DNA of 64,000 nt, taken from NCBI GenBank assembly GCA_023270155.1, contig JAGLTB010000040.1, forward strand, positions 5,644 to 69,643, in the 5' to 3' direction. The notes beneath the pieces are model-generated. The model did not search any database. It was not told where the DNA came from and was given only the letters and a program-made list of their open reading frames with translations. Below, piece after piece: positions 57,929-64,000 of this stretch (positions are counted from its first letter, which is position 1; the number at the start of each line of letters is the position of its first letter). The stretch comes from Candidatus Heimdallarchaeota archaeon. Its GTDB lineage: Archaea > Asgardarchaeota > Heimdallarchaeia > Heimdallarchaeales > Heimdallarchaeaceae. A program made the position numbers and the translations under genes.

Positions 57929-59230
57929 GTGAAGGCAATTCTCCTTGCAGCTGGTGAAGGATTAAGGTTAAGACCATTAACTGAAACCATCCCAAAACCA
58001 TTACTTAAGGTGTTAGGAGAACCTATTCTGAAAAGATCTATTGATGGACTGAATAAGTATGGTATTGAGGATTTTATCATAATAACCAATTACCTAGAAG
58101 ACCAAATAAAAGACTACATTGGGAAGGAATTCCCAAACCTAAATATCGAATTTATTCATCAGGTAGAGATCAAGGGAACTGCAAATGCACTATTACTTGC
58201 TAAGAGCAAAATCGAAGAGGAGTTCTTATTAGCCGTAAATGGAGATTGTATTTATTCAGATTCTTTAATTCAGAAAACTGTTGATGCCGCACAAAAAGGA
58301 ATTATCTCAGTTGGCGGTAAGTTTACAAAAGAAATTGCAAAATATGGTGCAATATTAACAGATGATAATTATGTACCCGTGAAAATGATTGAAAAACCTT
58401 CAAAAGAAGAAATTAAGGAAGGTTATGCTAACATAGGAATTTACTCACTAAGTAATGAAATTTTTAGTATTATTGAACAGATGGAAGAAAACAATTCTGT
58501 ATCATCGAGAGGTGAATACGAAATACCAGATGCTGTTAATGCTCTTTTTGAGATGAATAAATATAATTCACAGCTTGTACAGCTTCAGGAAAATGATTAC
58601 TGGTTTGATATCGGACGTCCTTGGAATTTACTAGATGCAAATGAGACCTTATTATCATTTTGTAAAGATGAAAGAGAGGGTACGATAGAAGACGGAGTTA
58701 CTTTGAAAGGCACTGTAATAATCAAAAAAGATACTATCATTAGGAGCGGAGTATACATTGAAGGTCCTGTTTTTATTGATGAAGGTGCAGACATCGGTCC
58801 CAATTGCTATATTCGTAAATTTTCATATTTAGGTAAAAAATCCAGAATAGGAAATGGTTGTGAAATCAAAAACTCCATTATTGAAGATAATACTCATACT
58901 GCCCATCTATCTTATATTGGTGACTCTATCATTGGTTCCAATTGTAATTTTGGTGCAGGTACAATTACAGCTAATCTTCGATTGGATAAAAAGACCATTC
59001 CTGTAAAAATTAAGGGAAACAAAGAAGATAGCCAGAGAAGAAAATTGGGAGTTATTGTAGGAGAAAGAGTAGAAATTGGAATTGGAGCATTATTAATGCC
59101 AGGAATTAAAATTGGAAGTGATTCTTGGATTGGTGCAGGGACAATAGTTGATGAAGACATTCCATCGGAATCGATATATTTTGGCTCACAGAATTATACT
59201 CTAAGAAGGAAAAGAAAAAATGTTAATTAA
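57929..59230 (+). CDS. bifunctional sugar-1-phosphate nucleotidylyltransferase / left-handed beta-helix acyltransferase (GlmU/ST0452-like)
   Basis: N-terminal LLAAGEGLRLRPLTETIPKPLL (NTP_transferase) and C-terminal hexapeptide repeats. GTG start. Confidence 0.7.
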   Translation: MKAILLAAGEGLRLRPLTETIPKPLLKVLGEPILKRSIDGLNKYGIEDFIIITNYLEDQIKDYIGKEFPNLNIEFIHQVEIKGTANALLLAKSKIEEEFLLAVNGDCIYSDSLIQKTVDAAQKGIISVGGKFTKEIAKYGAILTDDNYVPVKMIEKPSKEEIKEGYANIGIYSLSNEIFSIIEQMEENNSVSSRGEYEIPDAVNALFEMNKYNSQLVQLQENDYWFDIGRPWNLLDANETLLSFCKDEREGTIEDGVTLKGTVIIKKDTIIRSGVYIEGPVFIDEGADIGPNCYIRKFSYLGKKSRIGNGCEIKNSIIEDNTHTAHLSYIGDSIIGSNCNFGAGTITANLRLDKKTIPVKIKGNKEDSQRRKLGVIVGERVEIGIGALLMPGIKIGSDSWIGAGTIVDEDIPSESIYFGSQNYTLRRKRKNVN

Positions 59231-60839
59231 GGAACAGAATGCTATTAAAAAAGACTGGTCTCCAGACAAAATCAAAATTGGGTTAATCTATCCAAACACA
59301 TACAGAGTAGCTATGACCAGTTTAGGTGTTCAATTACTGTATTTCTTATTTAACAAGCATGACAACTTTTTGTGTGAACGTATCTTCAAACCTTTAGATC
59401 GTAAAATCCCACCTTATTCACTAGAGAGTCAAAGAGATATTTCTGATTTTGATATCTTAGCAATTTCATGTCAATTTGAGCATGATTATCTATCAGCAAT
59501 AGAACTCCTACATAGAGGAGGAATCAATGCAGATGTCAGGAAGAGAACTGAAAACAATCCATTGATTATAATGGGAGGACCGTCGCCTACTGCAAATCCG
59601 TTTCCGGTTTTATTTTTACCAGATATTTTCTTTCTTGGTGATATTGAACCCGTTTATGCAGAATTATTCCAAGCTTTTGAGAATAAATCAAAAAAGAAAA
59701 TACTTGAAGCGATTGTATCAGTAAACGGTATTATGGGATTTGAATCTCATTATAACGAAGAAGGAGAATGGATTGGTGAAAAAATCGAAAGTGTAAAACT
59801 CAAAAACATTTCAGACTCATCTTACCCAATAAAACAGATAATTCCAGAAAATGTCAAAGGGACCAAGAATGAACCAATCTTTGGAAAAGCATTTTATCTT
59901 GAAACAGACAGAGGTTGTTCAGAAAGATGTTTATTTTGTTTTACTGGTCATTGTCGTTTCCCACGAGCTGCTAGAAATTTTGAATCACTTACTAATATTA
60001 TAGATCAATCTGAAGAAGTAAACAATTTTGAGAAAGTAGTTATTTATGGGAGTGCAGTTGCTCAATCGGGTAAATTGGATGAGCTAATTGAATACATAGT
60101 TTCCAAAGGTTACGAGGTATCTTGTTCTTCCATTCGTGCTGATTATTTAACAGAAGAATTGATTACTGCTCTTCAGAAAGGAAAACAGAGAACTATAGCT
60201 TTAGCTCCTGAAACGGGTGATGAAAACCTTCGTTTTGCACTCAATAAGAAAATGTCAGATGAAACTATTTTTTCTGCTGCAAAATTAGCCTGGGATAAAG
60301 GATTCAGACGGTTGAAAATGTACATGATATATGGTTTCCCATGTGAAAATGAAGAAGTTAAGCAAAAAACATACAACTTTGTGAAATCATTAAGAGAACA
60401 ATACTTTCCTACTGGCAAGATATCTTTGTCCATGAATCAGTTTATTACAAAAGCTCATACTCCTTTACAATTTTCGAGAATGGACAGTATAAACGAATCA
60501 AAAGATAAACAGAAGTGGTATAGAAATAATATCTATCAACTAAAGAATGTCGAATTGTCTTTATATGATCCCAACTGGTCAATAGTTCAACGTATTTTAT
60601 CAATGCGTAACCAAACTTATTTCTCTATTATACATAAGATTGGACAGATAGGAAATACTATAGGAAACTGGAAGAAAGCACTAAAAAGTGAAAACAAATC
60701 TTTTGTAGATGAGGCTATTTGGCGCTTTAAAGTAGATGAGAATCTACCATGGGATAAAATAATCCACAAGCTGGATAAAAGATTTTTAATAACAGCCTAT
60801 GAAAAATACTGCGATGCTATGAATTGTCAGGAAGGCTAA
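59220..60839 (+). CDS. B12-binding-domain radical SAM protein
   Basis: N-terminal Rossmann-like B12-binding region, then DRGCSERCLFCFTGH (CxxxCxxC). 539 aa. Overlaps the upstream gene by 11 nt. Confidence 0.65.
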   Translation: MLIKEQNAIKKDWSPDKIKIGLIYPNTYRVAMTSLGVQLLYFLFNKHDNFLCERIFKPLDRKIPPYSLESQRDISDFDILAISCQFEHDYLSAIELLHRGGINADVRKRTENNPLIIMGGPSPTANPFPVLFLPDIFFLGDIEPVYAELFQAFENKSKKKILEAIVSVNGIMGFESHYNEEGEWIGEKIESVKLKNISDSSYPIKQIIPENVKGTKNEPIFGKAFYLETDRGCSERCLFCFTGHCRFPRAARNFESLTNIIDQSEEVNNFEKVVIYGSAVAQSGKLDELIEYIVSKGYEVSCSSIRADYLTEELITALQKGKQRTIALAPETGDENLRFALNKKMSDETIFSAAKLAWDKGFRRLKMYMIYGFPCENEEVKQKTYNFVKSLREQYFPTGKISLSMNQFITKAHTPLQFSRMDSINESKDKQKWYRNNIYQLKNVELSLYDPNWSIVQRILSMRNQTYFSIIHKIGQIGNTIGNWKKALKSENKSFVDEAIWRFKVDENLPWDKIIHKLDKRFLITAYEKYCDAMNCQEG

Positions 60840-60900
60840 AAAATAGAGAGCAAATCTTTTATGATTTCATATCCTAATTTTGTTTGAAGAGAGAATCTAT

Positions 60901-61557
60901 ATGAAAGCTGATTTCCCTGAAGACTTATCTGATGCTAGAGAATTTCAGAAAAGGATAGCTGAAAAAGCAGTAATTAAAGATAGTTTGAAGAAAATCTCAA
61001 AAGTTGGAGCATTAGATGTTGCTTATAAGGGAAAACAAGGTTATGTTGCAGGTATTATTTTTGATGTAGAAAAGAAAGAAGTAATCGAAAAAAGAACACT
61101 AAAAGATGATACAACTTTTCCATATATCCCAACGTTCTTGTTTCTAAGGGAGGTTCCATTCTTTCTTAAAATCTTACCGAAATTTGGAAATATGCCAGAT
61201 TTGTTCTTGATAGATGGTCACGGAATTGCCCACCCTTACTTTGCTGGATCTGCAACCATATTTGGTGTTCTTGCTGATAAACCAACAATTGGAGTAGCTA
61301 AGAAACCGTTAAGATATTTCAGTTATATTCCATCTGAAAATGAAAACATAAAATACATTAAGGTTAAGGAAAGGGATGTTGGAATTCAATATAGACTAAA
61401 TGAAAAATGGAAGCCAATCTACATCTCACCAGGAAACAAAATATCTATTCCATCTTCTTTCAGAATAGTAAAGCAAATGATGTCTACCAAATTAAAATTA
61501 CCAATTCCTTTACATCTAGCACATTTAGCAGCAGCGGAATCAAAATCTCTACTATGA
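60901..61557 (+). CDS. nfi: endonuclease V
   Basis: GALDVAYKG, FLFLREVPF, IDGHGIAHPY and PTIGVAKKPL motifs. Confidence 0.7.
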   Translation: MKADFPEDLSDAREFQKRIAEKAVIKDSLKKISKVGALDVAYKGKQGYVAGIIFDVEKKEVIEKRTLKDDTTFPYIPTFLFLREVPFFLKILPKFGNMPDLFLIDGHGIAHPYFAGSATIFGVLADKPTIGVAKKPLRYFSYIPSENENIKYIKVKERDVGIQYRLNEKWKPIYISPGNKISIPSSFRIVKQMMSTKLKLPIPLHLAHLAAAESKSLL

Positions 61558-62046
61558 AATCTATCTGCTTTTTAACAGATTATGCTCTGTTAATACATAA
61601 TTCTACACTAACAAATAATAACCGCAAAAAAATAAAAGCGATACATTTTTATCAAATTTCAGTTTTTTAAGGATTTGAGATTCTATTATTTTGAATCTTT
61701 ATTCACTTTTAGATACACAGATTACATCTTTACAGCTATATTTAGTCCTTGAAATAATTTATCAACATGTTAAATACTATTCATAAAATATGTTTTCCGT
61801 TTAAATTCTCCAAAATTAAGTAATTACTATGAGCTTTAATAATGCTGTAATCTCTTATTTCAGCAAATATGTGCAATTTTTTAAAAAGTAACAAAATAAT
61901 CATTTTCTATTTTGTATATTATGCTTGTGACTTAAAATTGTGATAGATATAACCAATAAAACAATATATGAGTTATTTTTTTCTGAGTAGATTTCAAATA
62001 GATTTAAAAAGAGAAAGTTTTGATTTTTTAACAACCTTTAAGGAAT

Positions 62047-62300
62047 TGATGAATGTGGCAGTAGCACTTGAAAATCCAAAATTAAAACAAGAGCTTTTAT
62101 CTGATTTACCTCCAAGCGCAATTACAATTTACAAAATTGTTATTGGAAATGGTCCAATCACTAGCAGAGAAATTGTCGAGATGTGCAGTTTAGCACCAAG
62201 AACAGTTCGTCATGGATTAAAACTTTTAGTAAGGGCTGGTTTAATTCTAAAACTTCCACATCTTCTAGATATGAGATCGTGTAAATTCTACGTTGATTAA
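62047..62300 (+). CDS. small winged-helix transcriptional-regulator-like protein
   Basis: ITSREIVEMCSLAPRTVRHGLKLLVRAGLI is an HTH. Start is ambiguous (61968 or 62047). Confidence 0.35.
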
Positions 62301-62373
62301 TCTATAGGAAAAACTTTTTTCTAACTAGTTTCTATTGTTTTTATTAAAAAAATGAGTAAAGAAGTGAGTAGAT

Positions 62374-64000
62374 TTATACTTCCACATCACTGGAATGAAA
62401 TAGAACATCTCTATTTATAGCAGCTTTGAACAATTGCAAAAGAAGATCATTTGTTGTTCTAACAGCAATTGGAACTTCATCAGTAGAAAGAAATGCGAAA
62501 ATAGCTTCTTGATTACCATCAAGAATTCCACAGAAAACATCTTTCTTTTCATAGTGTTTTAACTTCAAACCGGTGAATCTTTCTGATAAAGGTCTAAGCA
62601 GTGTTTGGTGTTTACTTTTATCAAACGATGAGACTAAAGTTATTCGTTGAGCTTTTGTATATTGCATCATTTCTTTTAATAACTCTTCATCAACATCGGG
62701 AGTAACCAAAAGCAACTCAAATTTAGAACGCATTGCAATATCTGTTACACTCGCCTTAATAGCCTCTTCTCCAACAATTATTGATGTGTTATGCTGACCA
62801 TCGAAGGAATAAGTAGAAGCTGATTTATCTATTTGTTTAAGCTCATCTTCTCTAGTATTAATGACTTGGTAAAAGGTCATTGCTTTTTCCATTAAAGAAT
62901 CGAGTTGAGATACTAAAATTTCATCTACATCTTTGATTACAGCAGCTACTTGTGACACAAGAGTATTAATCTGAATGTCTTCCCCTTCAGTAACTTGCTT
63001 GACAATTTGATCTTTATGCTCTTCCTTGTAATCCTTCAAGTTCTGTTTTGTATTTGTTAGCTCTTGCGCAAAGGCTTCTTTTTTCGTATTCACTTGCTCA
63101 TTGAAACTAGTAACAGAAGATTGTAGCTTTTCTTTTAAATCCAAAGCCATCTTTTCAGAATCTTGTTTTGATCTGCTTAGTTCCTTTATGACATTTGATT
63201 GCAGCTTTTCTATCACTTGAAATTGATCATTTGCATAGATCTTAACTTCCTTTGTTGCTTGTTCTTTCATTGCTGTTAATTGCTCATCTGTCGTCTGTTT
63301 CAGTTCTTGAGTTACTTGTGAGCATGAATCATAAGAAGATCTAGCATATGTTTCAGTTTGGTTTTGAAGTAAATCTAGTAAATCGCTTGGAAGTAAGTCA
63401 ATTTTTTCCAATGTAGCATCAATAAGCAGATTCTTCTTTGTTCTTATTGTAGTTTCACCATCAAGTTGGAAATGATCGAGCTGTGATCTGATTTCATCCC
63501 TGACTTCATTTAGTGCTAGAACATGTTGATCGATTAATTGTAAACCGCTTTCATTGAGATCATTTGCTAAATTTCTTACGGTATCTCTTGCATCTATCAA
63601 GGGTGACTCAATTTGTTTTCTTGCTTTTCCTAATTTTAGAACAGCTGAAGAGTCTATGCTATTAATAGCCTCAGCAATCTTCGAGGACAAGAAGTTTGTT
63701 TGTCTGTCTATCTGCTCAACACTCCTACGTAGTTCTTGGGTTTGTTTTATTTGCTCAGAGAACAGATTATTCACGTCTTGTGATAATGCATCTACAATCT
63801 TCTTTGATTCATTAATCCAACCCGAATAGGCTTCTTGCCAAACTTTGTTGTAGTTATCAGAAAAAGATTCTTGAATCTCCGAAATTTTACCGACTAACTC
63901 TTTAAGTTCCACATCTATTTCCGGTGCAAGTTTTTCTAAGAACTCATGGTGATTATCAGTATGAGCATCAAGCCCGTTACTAACAATTTTTTTCAGATTG
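62374..64000 (-). CDS. long coiled-coil protein paralogous to 20152-22404 (N-terminus beyond window end)
   Basis: The reading frame stays open to the window edge. An S/T/N/Q/E/K-rich helical region is followed by a C-terminal domain whose TSIIVG..KAQRITLVSSFD.. pattern parallels TSIVGL..AKVTIITSLD of the other copy. Confidence 0.45.
   Translation of the reverse strand, partial: NLKKIVSNGLDAHTDNHHEFLEKLAPEIDVELKELVGKISEIQESFSDNYNKVWQEAYSGWINESKKIVDALSQDVNNLFSEQIKQTQELRRSVEQIDRQTNFLSSKIAEAINSIDSSAVLKLGKARKQIESPLIDARDTVRNLANDLNESGLQLIDQHVLALNEVRDEIRSQLDHFQLDGETTIRTKKNLLIDATLEKIDLLPSDLLDLLQNQTETYARSSYDSCSQVTQELKQTTDEQLTAMKEQATKEVKIYANDQFQVIEKLQSNVIKELSRSKQDSEKMALDLKEKLQSSVTSFNEQVNTKKEAFAQELTNTKQNLKDYKEEHKDQIVKQVTEGEDIQINTLVSQVAAVIKDVDEILVSQLDSLMEKAMTFYQVINTREDELKQIDKSASTYSFDGQHNTSIIVGEEAIKASVTDIAMRSKFELLLVTPDVDEELLKEMMQYTKAQRITLVSSFDKSKHQTLLRPLSERFTGLKLKHYEKKDVFCGILDGNQEAIFAFLSTDEVPIAVRTTNDLLLQLFKAAINRDVLFHSSDVEV

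Noticed and set aside
61560-61967. 400-nt AT-rich intergenic region examined for CRISPR repeats, tRNA or C/D boxes
   Set aside because: No direct repeats, no tRNA-like GC-rich stems and no box motifs were found. It is probably a promoter or spacer region.

Overview
This is an AT-rich archaeal chromosomal segment (roughly one-third G+C by eye) that is densely coded on both strands, with no rRNA genes, CRISPR arrays or obvious mobile elements. Two conserved archaeal information-processing neighbourhoods form its core. The first is an exosome superoperon on the minus strand at about 27.4-31.8 kb: Sdo1/SBDS, Rrp4, Rrp41, Rrp42, L37Ae, a Brix protein and a Pcc1-like protein. The second is a ribosomal-protein cluster on the plus strand at about 51.5-54.5 kb: S15P/S13e, a degenerate RecJ/Cdc45-like DHH protein, a second Pcc1-like paralogue and S3Ae. 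Other housekeeping genes include TFB, isoleucyl-tRNA synthetase, ABCE1/RLI, the RFC large subunit, L15e, S6e, the RNase P proteins Pop5 and Rpp30, dCMP deaminase, ITPase, a YchF/OLA1 GTPase and endonuclease V. An intron-containing initiator-type tRNA-Met with an encoded CCA lies at 3041-3140. Metabolic and accessory genes sit between these blocks: gamma-glutamyltranspeptidase, a homocysteine S-methyltransferase domain protein, a frameshifted formamidase/acetamidase gene, an APH-like kinase, an orphan EutA-like reactivase, a DDAH-like enzyme, an AglH/GPT glycosyltransferase, a GlmU-like sugar nucleotidyltransferase next to a B12-binding radical SAM protein, and a radical SAM DNA-repair cassette with a UDG-like partner. 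The most interesting content is a scattered set of eukaryote-signature-like proteins that points to an Asgard-type (Lokiarchaeia-like) archaeon. These are a compact ESCRT-I Vps23/TSG101-like protein with an inactive E2 (UEV) domain, a TRAPP/longin-like small protein, a two-propeller WD40 protein, a proline-rich coiled-coil protein, and a Dna2-like nuclease-helicase that ends in a RING/PHD-like cross-brace zinc finger. Two paralogous TrmB-HTH/long coiled-coil/conserved C-terminal-domain proteins at 20152-22404 and 62374-beyond the window end are uncharacterised; the first is followed by a small ferredoxin gene that the ORF track missed. A lipoprotein-type ABC ATPase fused to an AbrB-like swapped-hairpin domain and a zinc ribbon is also unusual. 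Several proteins carry Lys/Glu/Pro-rich low-complexity tails. All calls rest on motif-level reading of the translations. No database searches were run.
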